64,000 bases of DNA from positions 5,766,001-5,830,000 of the forward strand of contig CM114271.1 in the NCBI GenBank assembly GCA_050084515.1, given 5' to 3'. This document shows positions 1 to 13,200 of the stretch, piece after piece. A program made the translations under genes and the position numbers. A model generated the notes under the pieces. That model did no database searches and was not told the origin of the DNA. It was given only the letters and a program-made list of their open reading frames with translations. Each line of letters opens with the position of its first letter. Position 1 is the stretch's first letter. The DNA is from Blasia pusilla (taxonomy: Eukaryota).

Positions 1-1197
1 TTTTCCACTCCACTAACTCCTTAAACTAACGGCACTAAAATTATTCACATTTGGCCTATACTCCACTAAGTCCCATAAATATTGGGTTAACACCTATTAA
101 ATAAAATTTCCACTCATCTTAACCTCAAGATCTTAAGTTTTACTTGTCCTTTCCACAATAAGAAAAGATTTTTGAAGTTTTCTACCTCAACTAAGAAGTT
201 ACCAAGAATTTTGAAATTTGCTCTTTCTCAAACAATGGCTATGGCAGCTATGCGGAAATGATCATAACTTCTTGCTTAGATGTTTAAATAGCACACCGTT
301 TTTTCCACAACGTGCACAAATTCTTAATCTAGCCCTGATTTCTTTGACCTTCCAATAAAAAGTCACGAGGACTATCATGCAACCCTTCAATTTACACTCA
401 TACGTCAAATTTGATAGCACTTCCGCGTTGATTTCTCCTCATAGAAATTTCAAACCTATCACAACAAAAATCAGAGAGCTACATGGTGCTCCTGATAGCA
501 CTGACATGGAGCAAACCGCCCCATACTCAACAAAATTTGGGCAGCACTTCCGCGAGTCACTCTCCCACACGAAAAATTGGACAGCAAAACAGCAAACGGA
601 GCCGTTGGAAAGGAAACATAGTCCCCAACCTACAACAACCAACAAGCACCAGCGTGCTCCTCCATTTTTGCTCTCAAATCCTCATTCTCTCTTTGTAAAT
701 CAATTAAATCTCTCCATCACAAGAACAAGGTCTGACACCAAGCTCTCCATGGTGTGCACTCACTCTCAAGTCAAACCAAACGCACTCTCCTAATGAGAGG
801 TTGGGGTTACAAACACAAGGAAATGACGACCATAGCTTCGCCGTCTCATGCCAAGAGGTTCAACAAAGAGAGAATTAACTCTCAAGCTCTCTCTCTCTTG
901 GAGGTATACCCCCTTCCCTCTCCCAAGCCCTTTCCATGATTACCTCTTGACCTATTGTAGCGGGTCAAGGAAAACTTCCTAAATTTTAAAGTCAACTATA
1001 CCAAGAATTCAAATAATAAATTACCCGAAATAATAAGATCGTCACTATGGCTCCAAATGAGCCAACATGAAGGGGAAACTTGCTCTCACACGTTACCCGT
1101 GGCCTGAGCAAGTTATCCTCATCCTCTCGAGGATGTCTTCCATTCTCTTTGAAGGCGCTCTACTAGATCTTGTCGATCTATCCTAATAGATGTTACA
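1..1197 (-). mobile_element. LTR of a Ty3/Gypsy-type family (partial, runs off window start), reverse orientation
   Basis: ~230-1197 is the diverged reverse complement of 16183-~17200, e.g. 1151-1197 gaaggcgctctactagatcttgtcgatctatcctaatagatgttaca vs 16183 tgtcacgtcttttaggatagatcggtgagatgtagtagagcgccttt. It terminates in TG on the minus strand at 1197. Confidence 0.7.
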
Positions 1198-4190
1198 ATG
1201 GAGATTGGAGCAAAAGGGTAGTGTGAACGATTACATAGAGGAGTTTCGTGACTTATAAATATAAATTTGCGCATGATTAGGGCACAAGCCCTTGCTCTAT
1301 TCATTAGATTCTTAAAATTAAAGACGTGTCAAGAAATGATTCAAGATAACGTGAAGGACATCAATGAAGCAATCGTATGTGCCCAATATATGGCAAATAT
1401 ATATGAAGGAGGAGGAGATGTGGTTCCTTTCATGAAAAACCACAGTTATTAAGTTGGGTAGCCTTGCAGCACAAGATGGTTATGCACCATGAAGATTTCA
1501 TTGAAGGGTGCCAATGGAGAGAGATTGGAACCCCAATCCACTAAGGGTTGCTTCTCGAATTGACGGGGTTTTTTGAAGAGGAAGAAAATTACAAGCTCGA
1601 CAAAATACGCGCCAATAATTTGAGAGTGGTAGATATGATAGTATCGCCATGAATTTTTGCTTTTGTAGGCTTAAAAATACACCATATTGCCCTCCTATCA
1701 ATAATTTATATTGAGGACACATGCACGAAGATGACGAAGAAGGTAGATCTACGGAAAACGCCAACCAATAGTAATTTTCCTCGCAGATTTATTGGTTTTA
1801 TGGGAAGGAGGAAAGGTGGTCCCAAGTTAGACTGTTGATTGATCCGAGTGTAGTAGAAATCTTCCTTCCAAGAGCCATAGATATGAAGTTGGGCTTGGCT
1901 TTAGAGAGGGATCAAAATGAAGAGATAGAATTTCCAAACATGCAAACAAAAGAAATTGAGAAGCTTCTTCGAAGTATAGAGTTGAAGATAGGAAAGTATC
2001 ATGAAGAGTTGGAGTTGAAAGACGTCCAATTGGATCCCCAAGATAACAGCGTGACGTATTAACTACAATTAACAAGATATGATCTTATCTTGGAGATGCC
2101 TTGGATAGAACCATACAATCTAAAGGTAGGATGGAGGAAAAAGATTTTGAAGACTCGAGAGTGGAATTTCATTGTGATAGAGTTAGATCACGCTATAAAA
2201 CCCTATCTCTATATGTAATGGGAAAATTAATCATCAAACATCAAGTTGTGTGTTTTCTTAGTGCAATAAGCAATGTTAGTGGTTGAAAAAACATTGTGAG
2301 GTACTTTACAAGTTTAGAAAAGTATTGGGGGAATGTAAGGAGGTATTCCCAAAAGACTTACCCGTAGGATGATCTTCCAAACGGAGGGTAAACCATAAGA
2401 TGTGGCCATGACTTCTTTTTGCATTAGGTATGGATGCTTTGGATACATAGTCATGGCATTTGGTCTCACTAATACACCTGCAACATATCACGTATTTTGT
2501 AGTGGAACGACAAGTTCCTATATGACGCTTTGATAGATATTAGAGGCGGAGTCTAGTAGGTCATGAATGATGTGTTAAGGAGTAGGATAACTTACAATAA
2601 TAGGTTTCCCCTTTGTAAGGATCTATTTGGAGATTATATAAAGAACTTAAGATTTTGAATAAGTTCCTCAATTATATGAGCTTTTGGAATGTGGCACTTG
2701 ACCTACTATTACAGGTCTAGGGTCAATTGGTGACTTTAGTGCATAAGACTTTGAGGAGGACTTGGGGAGAGAGGGTATATCTTAATGAAAATGAGCTTGG
2801 AGAGCTCATTATTTCCTTGTCGAACCTGTTCAGCATGAAGCGATAGAGCTATGGTGCTCCTTGCTTTGGGAGTAATCCCATTGTCTCACCATGAGAGTGG
2901 GTTTGGTTTAATAATGGAGAAAGAGAGAGTGTGCATGAGAGCCATTGAGCTCTTTGTGTGTTCTGTGAGATTTTTCATCCATCTTATTGGATATATTTTG
3001 GTGATAATCTACCTCCGTGATCTTCGATGGATGATTGAGTTAGGATAGTATTTGTGTGTGTTGAATAGTGATAGCGATATAAATTATGTAGTAATGTGTA
3101 GATGCACGACAAACCTTTATAGGCCTAATGAATGATAATTTACTTTACTATTTAGAGAAGTTTGTTATCATATTCCTGGATGATATCTTGGTCTATAGTA
3201 AAACTATAAAGGAGATAGAAATCATCTTCAAGAAGTCTTTCAAATCCTACGATGTACTAAGTTTTATGTTAAAGCTTCAAAATGTAAGTTTAGCAAGATA
3301 TATAAGTGTACAAGGCATTCAAGTAACGATTGGAAATACCGATCAAAAAATGAAATGCACTTGAGGATCAAACTTAATCGAAGAGTTTCCTAGAACTAAC
3401 ACCATTCTATCGAAGATTTGTTAAAGTTTTTGCTCCAATCGCACAATCATTGACAACTTCACTAAGAAATGGAAAAACAATAAAGTGGGATACATCACAA
3501 GAGATTGCTTTCTAAAGATTAAAGAATGATTTAATCAATGTCTGTATTTTGAAGTAGTATGATCCAAATTGACCTATCAAGAAGGCCATAAATACATCAA
3601 CTACTACCATTGGAGTAGTATTACAATAAGAATATGATCATGACATCCAATTGCCTTCTTTTCACGCAAGTTATTGCTAGTAGAGCAAAACTACCACACA
3701 ATGGAGAGAGATAAACTTGCTATTGTATTAGCAACCAAACATTGGAAATACTGTTTGGGCAATAAGGGGTTTGTGTTGGAGATTGATCATAAGCCCTTGA
3801 CCTACGTAGAGTCCTAAAACGAGTTCTCAAAAAATAAATACGATGGGCAAAATGGAAACAAAATTCATCATGAAAATGATCTATGTGAAAGGAAAGAAGT
3901 AGTTGGTAGACGCCTTGACTCGTATACCATTGATAAATAATATGTATGAAGTATATATTTATTCTAGTAGGTGGAAAATGTTGATCAAAGCAAGATGAAA
4001 AAATTATAATTGCTATTTTTTGCCAAGAAAGAAGAAAAGGCTCAAGGAATGGTCTTCCATAATGGTAAAGTGTGGATCTCAGAAGATCCATACTTACGCA
4101 CTCAAGTATTGTCAAAGGCTAATGAAACATATATTATAATTCATGTGGGAGTTGAAAAAACCTTGGAGAGGTTATCACAAACATACTATT
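1198..4190 (+). mobile_element. Degenerate Ty3/Gypsy internal region (gag-PR-RT-RNaseH-integrase Zn finger), many stops and frameshifts
   Basis: gag-like RLEQKGSVNDYIEEFR (~1203); protease-like YDLILxMPW (~2078); EVFPKDLP (~2340); RT FVIIFLDDILVYSKT (3128 ORF); RNase H PIAFFSRKL..EQNY...LAIV (~3650-3750); integrase HVGVEKTLERLSQTYY (~4140). Domain order is RT-RH-INT. Confidence 0.88.
2401..3111 (+). mobile_element. Solo-LTR-like insertion inside the Gypsy RT
   Basis: Begins TGTGG and ends GCACGACA. Its 3' end (tgtagtaatgtgtagatgcacgaca) resembles the 3' end at 61287-61311 (tgtagcgatgcgtatgcgcacaaca). It interrupts the RT reading; no TSD. Confidence 0.55.
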
Positions 4191-4199
4191 TGCAAACAA

Positions 4200-4939
4200 A
4201 TATTATTGGATATTGGACTTGGTTATTTTTCCAATGAGAGTGGGTTATCCTTCTTGGGAGAATAATTTGACCATAATTCATTCTTCAACTGTTTAGAGAT
4301 TAATTGGTGAAGGTTAATTTATGGAAAAACTTGTCACTAATTCATGAGTTTGAGGGAATAAATGTAGCGGTTTTCTATTGCCCTAAATTGTGTAGGAAGA
4401 GAGATGAGGATAGAAGATGTATGTCAATCGTGGATAGAGTTGGAGCACAAGTGGTATATGATTTTCCTTTCCTTAACCTATATTACGTAAAGGTCCTTTT
4501 CATAGATAGACATCACTTTATTTGCTATCTAGTCTATCCTTTCAGAGAGATATTTATGGATAAAGTCATGTAATCATTAACTTCAGTAAAAATTCAAATT
4601 TTCACCTTGGGATTTTATGTTGTATGTCCTCATTAATCAACTAATGGAGATAAACATACCTCCTTGAAGTGAGATTCAATACTAGTTGTCATTTTTCTGA
4701 TCTACAAACGCAAAATACGTTGTAGAGACTTCACATTTATGAATTCTAAGCCTAAGTGCTATGAAAAAGTAATTTTCGTGACACAACCATTTTTTGATCC
4801 CTATTGTTAGAGAATAGAGAGTGTATATCATGATTCTATAGTGAAAACGGAAAAAACTTGTAAGATAATTTATCTTACATCAATAATTATCATAACTAAG
4901 AGGTATATATTTACTCAAAGAAAGACTCTCAACATGACA
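4200..4939 (+). mobile_element. 5'-truncated copy of the TGTCGT..ACGACA element family
   Basis: Aligns by eye with 8220-9002 and 12230-13127 (ccaatgagagtgg motif, gtaaaggtccttttcatagatag); ends catgaca at 4939. Confidence 0.7.
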
Positions 4940-5061
4940 TCGTGAGATGAAATCTCACCCTTATGATAAGCTTGTATAATATCATAATGCCTCGTAGATT
5001 ATTGATTGCTTAACGAAACCAAGATAAAAGTAAAAGTAATGAGATCAATAAGGGATAAATT

Positions 5062-5163
5062 AAGGTTGAATATAAGCAATTAAAGTTAATTTCTATGGAT
5101 ATATCTATGTCCGTGAACTTACGTCTGTCCTATGAAAAGACTTATCCCTATGGGCCCCATCTT
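5062..5163 (+). repeat. Dispersed repeat, inverted copy of 40618-40715
   Basis: gaacttacgtctgtcctatgaaaagacttatccctatgggccccatct matches the reverse complement of 40618-40666 (ggacttacgtccgtcctacggaaagacttatccatgggggccccacct). Confidence 0.7.
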
Positions 5164-6914
5164 GCCCTTCTTGCTCATTCCTCCTAGTTGCCTATTTATT
5201 CCATACTTTCTTATTCGTTCCTTCCTCCCTCCACCCCCACTTCCTTCTCCCTTCTTCCCCATTTGCATTTTTCTTACCTTCCATTATGAACTACAAGTAT
5301 GGGCCTCATCTCTTACAATCATATTTGAAAACATGTCCAAACTTGTCCATCAACGTTTGCCCTAGGTATAGACTTGTCTTTTTTCTTGCAACAATGTGGA
5401 AAATCTGAATCCTATGGACAGTCATATGTTCAAGGTGTGAGAATTGGTTGTAAGTGTTATTTGCAAATCATGACTTTAGATTATATTCTTTGCTTCCACT
5501 CTACTTATTTTACTATTTCCTTCAATAAATAAGTAAATCTATATTCCTTCCAACCAAATGGAATCAAGAAACATGCTACATGTTTATATTTGTATGACAT
5601 GGGATATGCTTTTACATTCTGACTATGTTGAGTGGGCTTGTAAGAGGCGACAATAATTGTAACATAAATAGAGAGAAAATTGTGATGTAGTACATGTTTG
5701 AGTGAAGCGTCAAAGGTAAGGTTTACCTTGAGTGTTATAGTATAGGACATGATGCATTTACATATATTGGAAGTGTTCATTTAACTCTCCAAAATGACAC
5801 CCTAAATGAATATTTTCTCTCTATTAACTTCTTGAGTTTTATAGAATGCCATTGACTTACAAGTTATCAATTATCTAGAAGTATAATAAAAGCAATGGGT
5901 TGAGGATGGTAAGCTTTCGAGAGATATGATTAAAGTTTCACTACATTAGAATTACGTGGAAAATTGCAAATACAGTCCCAATAGTGATGATCTTGCATGG
6001 AGGATGATAGAGATAGAAGCTTATAATGCCCATTCTACACCTCCTGTGATAGAATCTAATATGCAAGAAGGTAATTTAGATATTTTATTTTATGATAGAC
6101 TTGCATCGAATATGACATTGTTGTTAATTTATCAATATGGTATTTTGATGTGGATGTGACAAGAAGGAAAAAGATGCCCACACCAAATATTAATCCACTA
6201 AGTAGTGGCTTAAGTGATTGAGAGTCCACACACAAGAGCCCATATAAATTGCGGTCAACAAATGGTTTATGTTATATTTGAGTTAGGTCAAGTTTAATGG
6301 GACATATCTAAAATTTTTATCACTCGCGATATGGATTTAGTATTTCTCCTTCTTAGCATGTGATCATAAGAAAGTATAAAATATTTGTTCCCTCAATTGA
6401 GTTAGGTAGAGAGACGAGCTCAATCTACGAAGATATTTCCTATTTTTGCCTAGTCAAGCAGTTTTCAAAATACAATTCAACATTGATAATACTTTATGAT
6501 TTGTAATATAAGTGTGTTATAGGAAATACTTAGAAACTAATTTAGATTAAATTTTTGTGTAGGAGTGTATTCCCTCGATTATTGTATTTTCCCAATGTAT
6601 ATATGATGAATTTGTGGTTATTATGAAATTTTTCTACTTTTCTACTAAAAAAACTTATGGTACCAAATAGTGAAAATTTTGATAATTTTAAGTGCTTTTA
6701 AGATGATTGGATTTGATATGTAAGAAAAATGAACACTATGCCAATTTTTATTTATTAAGGGTGGTAGTTATAATATTTCAATGTCTTATAAGGGGAGTGG
6801 TGTATTGAGGGGAAGTGGTGGGGAAGAAGGAAGTGGTGTATTGATTGAAAGTGATGTATTAATTGACGATATTTTTGGATTTTCACCAGTGGAGACTTTA
6901 ATAGTGGGAGTGGA

Positions 6915-6942
6915 TCGTGCTTAGCACGACTATGTTGACTAG
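6915..6942 (+). mobile_element. Helitron 3' terminus (hairpin + CTAG|T)
   Basis: Perfect hairpin TCGTGC-TTA-GCACGA (6915-6929), 9-nt spacer, CTAG (6939-6942) followed by T. The 5' end was not identified. Confidence 0.65.
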
Positions 6943-7152
6943 TAATAATTTATTGTGACTTGTCATAATTGGACATGATCCAAAATTAATGATTTTCCAT
7001 GAGAAACTAATGATTTTAGTGACACAAAATATCACTTATGACTCTATCATGACTAAAAAATTTAAAAATTTTCAAAAATAATTTGTCGTATTATTCTTGT
7101 TATTAATATAATATAGAGTACAAGACATATCCATATGTACATCAAATGGCAG

Positions 7153-7726
7153 TTTCATATCAAGAATTTTTCTTCGAGTAAGGACAGACCTTATAACTTC
7201 GGTAATCGTTGAAGCAAGAAGAATTCTCTAACAAATTTTCTTATTCAACATAAAATCATTACATATACTCTTCATTCTCTTACAATATGAATAATAAATG
7301 GTAGTATCGAGATGATCACTTCTTCATAATACCTAACCCCAAAATTCTTCACTATGAAGTCTATATGAACTACTTTACGTTTGTACAAAAGAAAAATGAC
7401 ACAATTAGTATTAAACCATATTCAAGTAAATCTATTTGCATCCATACATCGTTAAATAAGGAGATACAAAATACAACTCCAAATCCTTCCGTACATGAGA
7501 ATAGGAAATATCATCGAAATTGATGATTGCATAACTTGGTTTATGAATGTCACTCCAAAGTGATAGACTAGATAATGAATAGACCACTACCTATCTATGA
7601 AGATGATCTTTATATTATTATATCGAGAGCTTTCTTCGAGTAAGGATGAACCTTCTAACTATGAAAGTAACTCTCTAACACTAATAAGAGTGGACTATAC
7701 ACGATGGATCATTTTACTACATGACA
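7153..7726 (-). mobile_element. Inverted partial copy (7153-~7615) plus ~110-bp internally deleted mini-copy (~7616-7726) of the TGTCGT..ACGACA family
   Basis: tttcttcgagtaaggacagacc (7168) and gagagctttcttcgagtaagg (7625) are the reverse complement of the family's right end. 7671-7726 is the reverse complement of the left end at 11634-11690. Confidence 0.7.
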
Positions 7727-7730
7727 ACGG

Positions 7731-9002
7731 TGTCGTATAATAAAATCAGCCAATGTGTAAACTCCTTCCTCGTTAAGTGTTAGATAGAGTTTTATTAATA
7801 TTAAGTAAATTAGCTTAGGAAAATCCCCGTATTTAAACCTCTTTATGGTGCCTCTTTTATGCGGGCCCAACTTTAGAAAAGAGGTAATAAATAAAACATG
7901 ACTTTATAAAAGTAAAGTAGTGAGGTTGGTGCTTTAATGAAAAGCAAAAGTAGGCTTGGTTGATGGCTAGGTTAGTTGGGGTAATTTGGAAAATATCAAG
8001 TGGATAAAAGAGGATATTTTGGGAGAGATAAGAGGAAATCTATTTGTGTCAAAATGTGATTGGCTAAGCCTTGAGAGAAGCCATCTGACACAAGATAAGA
8101 TTAACTCTATTTCGTACTCTTGTGGATATCTTGTGAGTATATAAAGAGGAGGGACCTTCAATGGTTCATCACCTTCTATTCCATATCTTGAGTCTTTCGT
8201 GTCACTTTTGAGTGTATGACTTTGGGATTGCTTGCTCTTCCAATGAGAGTGGATCACCCCTCTTGGGAGAGTAACTTGACCATGGTCTATTCTTTGAAAA
8301 GTTTTAAGAGTGTGGTGTGTATGTGTGGAGATGAGAGGTTTGTCATCTTAGAGGAGTTTAGTCATACTAATATAGTGAATGTTTTGGCTTGTTACTTCCC
8401 CAATGAGAGTGGATTACACCTCTTGGGAGAATAACTCCGCCAAAACCCATTCTTGAGGAAAATAGAGAATGTCTGTCAAACATGGATTGGGGTGGAGCAC
8501 GAGTTGTGCCCGACTTTCCTTTCCTTAATCCATACCATGTCAAGATGCTCTTTGTAGATAGGCACTAGTTCACTCGCTATTTAGTTTATCACTTTGGGGA
8601 GGCATTCATGAACCAGATCATTCAATCTCCAACTCCCGTGATCTTTCCTATCGTCACATATGGAAGGACATGGGATTGTACTTTGTATGTCCTTATATAA
8701 CGATCCATGGACGTCAATAGGCTTGCTCAAGTAGGGTTTAACACTAGTTATGCTATCTTTCTTGTATACAAGCGTAAAATAGTTTATAGGGATTTTATAG
8801 TTAGGAATTTCGGGATCCGATATTACGAAGAAGTGATCGCCTCGGCACTTCCATTTGTGATACCTGTCGTGAGAGAATGGAGAATGTACATAATAATTTT
8901 ATATTGAAAAGGAGATCTTCTCAGAGAGTTCATCTTGCATCAACCGCGTCTGTCGCAGCTAGAAGGCCTGCCCTTACTCGAAGAAAGGCTCTCGGTACGA
9001 CA
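7731..9002 (+). mobile_element. Complete ~1.27-kb TG..CA element (solo-LTR-like) with 4-bp TSD ACGG
   Basis: Termini TGTCGTA...TACGACA form a perfect 7-bp inverted repeat; ACGG at 7727-7730 and 9003-9006; TATA-like gtatataaag at ~8137; homologous to 11634-13127. Confidence 0.8.
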
Positions 9003-9483
9003 ACGGGAACAACTTCTAGTCATTTCTATATGATTCAACTTATTGAAATAAATAAAATAATATACATAATGACTCAAATGATCATTACTCACTAGAAAAA
9101 TATGATATATCGTTCATAACTAATGGAGTCATTAGATATCGTGAATGATTTCATATATGATATGACTCATATGAGTCATATAACATAGTAAAGCTTTTTT
9201 CCCTTCTTTTGACAAAGTACAACTAAACCAAATACTTTTAGAATTCATCTGTTTCCAACTATTAATAGATTTGTAAGAATAAAGATATTATTTGATCTTG
9301 CATGAATATCAACGTTCCAAGAAAATGATCTAAGAAAGTTTTACTTATACAAGAGTTTCAATCCTAATAATGATTTTCATATGTTAGATTATATAATACA
9401 AACATGCCCATCATGCCATCCTTTGTATTGGAATTGTGTAACTCTCAATCTCATACGGTCACTCTATAATTACATAAAGATAA

Positions 9484-10146
9484 AATGCCCTTGAAGACCT
9501 CTTCTCTTCTTCTATATATTCAGAGATAGATAAAAATATAGACAATTTAACTTTACTTGTCCTTATCCCATATTAGCTTTTTTCTAATTATGAGAGGATC
9601 TTCTTCGGACTCTATGTAACTCTTTAGCTCACAGAACCACTGTAGAGTTGTTCAAAGGTAGAATTGCCCTCGAGGCCTCTCCTCTTCATTTATATATTTA
9701 GACATAGGTACAATAAAGATAAATTAGCTCTATCTATCCTTATGCTACGTGTCTTATGCATGAGAGGATCTTCTTTGGACTCTAATGTCCCTACCTCATC
9801 TTCCCCAACCTCGTTCTTACTTTATTTTTCACCAACCTATGATCCCACTCTCATCTTTATCTCATGTTTTTTGTCTTTTCTTTTCTTGGTTGCTTCTTTC
9901 CCACTTCGGCGCTACATGTCATACACTCTAACTTAATTATGATTAACAAAGGATGGTTACACTCTAGTGTCCCTCTCTCATCTTACCATCTCTATTCATA
10001 ATCTCATATTTATCTTACTTTTCACAACATATGAGCCCCTTCTCATTTTTATCACATGTTGTTTAATTTATTTATTTTTGGTTCTTCCTACTTATATTCT
10101 ACATGATATGGATTCTAACTTAACCATGATTAACAAATGATGATTA
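9484..10146. repeat. Two diverged direct duplications (~9484-9620 / ~9664-9785 and ~9830-9960 / ~10010-10146)
   Basis: atgcccttgaagacctctt..tatatattcagagataga vs ttgccctcgaggcctct..tatatatttagacatagg; ctctaacttaattatgattaacaaaggatggtta vs ttctaacttaaccatgattaacaaatgatgatta. Confidence 0.6.
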
Positions 10147-10299
10147 AAAATATGAAATAATGAGATACCTAAAGTTTCATGACTCACCATATGATATGTG
10201 TTGTGACTATGGGAGAACAAAATTACCCTATCAAAACCGTCTCTTTTATTCCTAAAATCATTAGTTTTAGGTATTTGTCCTATAAGTCTTCATTTTCTT

Positions 10300-13200
10300 A
10301 CTGAAACTTCTACACTTCAATTATGATGTACTAGAATGCATAAATGAGCAAGTTAGTGGCATTTTACACTTGTGAGGTAGTTCAGGGAATCTATCATTTT
10401 ATTGATCCTTATATCTTGTTATAGGGGTTTATTCTACAATTTTTAACTATGTATTCATGTTATTATAAATGAATTGGAGAAGCATAAAAGAGTCATATTT
10501 AAATATTATGATCTTAATTTATATATCTTTAAAGGACTGTAAAAGATATTACACGAATGCAGTCCATATGTAAGGATTTTGTCATGTAACATATAAAACA
10601 ATCGAGCTTAATATATGGATCACCTTAAAGGTAAGTAGAGAGAGATCTCGATGCAAAGCGTTATAACTTACCAACTGCTATTATATTTGCATGTAATGAA
10701 AATGAACATATTGACCATTTTGACATTATTTGATGACTACGTGGAAGAAGAATAAAAGTATATTCAAACGAAGTGAAACATATATTTTATAGCACCTTGT
10801 TTTTTTATTGATCTCAGATGATTCATGCTCATGTTTGGCATCCTAAAATATCCTTCGGGAGACTTTAAGGCTATAGATCAACGTAACATCCAAGATATAT
10901 TAACTGTGAGGAGGCAAGAGAAATTGAATGGTTACATAGATGAGAAGTGAGTTAATATTGATATTATTCACTAGAAAAAGACAAACAATGATGCGATCTC
11001 AAATTCACAACATTGTTTGTCCTTCTCATCTTTGTCTCAAATTCTCGTTTACATATTACATATTTTCAACTTCAAATGCGAATTTGAGACAAAGATGATA
11101 ATTGACTACTATAGTTTCATCAACTTACTGAAGAATATACGATTTGACTCTATCCCACTATAGGGATGTAACGATTATCATGGATGCTCTTAAATCAACA
11201 GAAGTTGAGGGTTGAATTATATCAAAGTGTAAAAGATTATGCATTCACATGATGTGGATTACAAAAGGTTTGAGAGACGTATTGTGTTACCCTCTTCTTC
11301 TACCAGAGGTCCACGTCATGTTTATAGATAAGTTATATCAAGATGAAATAAAAATTGTGAGATATTTTAGGGATGTCTGATTACTCATTGACCATACTAT
11401 ACAATTATAAGTGGGAGGAGATTACTTTAGCCTTATTACCTAATCCATGAATTGTTGATGGATTATATTTGGTTGTGAGTTTTCTAGAAGAAGAAGAAGG
11501 AATTGTTATAACTTTTCATGAACAAGCACACATTTAGTTGAATTGCAGATGCATTAATGTGGTGGAATTCTAAAGGAGGTATCTATCACATATACACATT
11601 AATATTATTTTAGATTGTAAAGATAAATCACCTTGTCGTGTAATAAAATTATCTGACAGGTATATTCCACTCTTATTAGTGTTAGAGAGAGTTTATGTAA
11701 GTATGCAATGATGAATTTAGGAGAATAATGTTTTTATGTGTAAATCTTTAATGGTATTTTATTTATGTAGGCCCAACTCTAGCAAAAGAGGTCATAAAGG
11801 AGACATAGGAAAAATAAAAGTAAAATAATGGATAATGCGTATCTCATTTGTACGGGCCTAACTACTAGACAAATATATCATAAATGAGGGATATGTACCA
11901 TAAAAGTAATGTAGTGGATTGATGTACTAATGAAAGTAAAATTAAAGTAATCATGGTTTGTGAAGAAGTCAAAATTATGATAGTTGTAAGGAGATGAAGT
12001 AGATTTTATGATGATATTTTAGGAAGACATAAAATATAATCTATTTATGTCAAAATGGAATTTAGTAAGTTTTGAGAGAAAGTCATATGGCAAAATATTA
12101 GATTGACCTTACTTTGTACTTGTGTGGGTCCGTCATAAGAATATAAAGAGAATGGACCTTCGAGGATTCACCAATTTGAATTTCATTTTTTTTCAGTTAT
12201 CTTTGTCATTCTTGAGAGAATGATATTTGGCTTCTTTGCTCTTCTAATGAGAGTAGATTATCCTTACTGGGAGGATTTCTTGGCCATAATTCATTCTTGA
12301 GGAGTTTGAGAGTTTGGTGAATGTGAAATCGACTACTTTGGAGAGATATATTGTCTTAGAGGAGTTGTGTTTGTCATTCTTAAGACTATGGTATAGAATT
12401 AAATTAGTCTTTCAATAACAATGGATTACCTCTCTTGAGAAAATAATTCAGCCACGAACGATTCTTGAGGGATTTAGAGATTGATAAGTCCAAACTAATT
12501 TTGGGAAAGTTGTCACTCATTCATGAATTTGAGGGAATAAATATAGGGATAATCTGTGATCTTAAATTGTGCAGGGAGAGAGAGGAGGGTAGATGATATT
12601 TGTCAACTATGGATAGAGATGGAGCATCAGTGGTATCAAATTTTCTTTTCCTTAATCCATACCATGTAAAGGTTATTTTTGTAGATAAGCATTAGTTTAT
12701 TCGTTATTTGGTCTATCATTTTGGAGAGACAATTATGAACTAAGTCATGCAATCATCAACTCCGATGATACTTTCAATTGTCACCTACGTGAGGATTTGA
12801 AATTATATATTTTATGTTCTCATTAAGTAACTTATTAATGCAAATAGGCCTTTTTTTATAAGGATTGAATACATTTTTTTCCATTTTTCTAATATACAAA
12901 CATAAAATAGTTTATAGAGATTTCACAGTAGGAATTTGGGGATTAGATGCTACGAAGAAGTGCTTGCCTCGACATTACTATTTGTGATCTCTATCATTAG
13001 ATAATGGAGAGTGTACGTTGTGATTCTATATTGAACATGAGAAACTTGTGAGATAATTTGTCTTGCATCAACAATTGTCGCATCTAGAAGGTCCGTCCTT
13101 ACTTGAAGAAAGGCTTTCAACACAACAACGTACCACTTTTGATCGTGGCCATATAGTTTCGGCGTAAATACTTGATCAATCTAGTCATCCAACAACTCAT

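Noticed and set aside
377-793. 138-aa ORF similar to the 16793-17059 ORF
   Set aside because: The similarity is explained by both being copies of the same LTR; frames diverge and no domain is recognisable.
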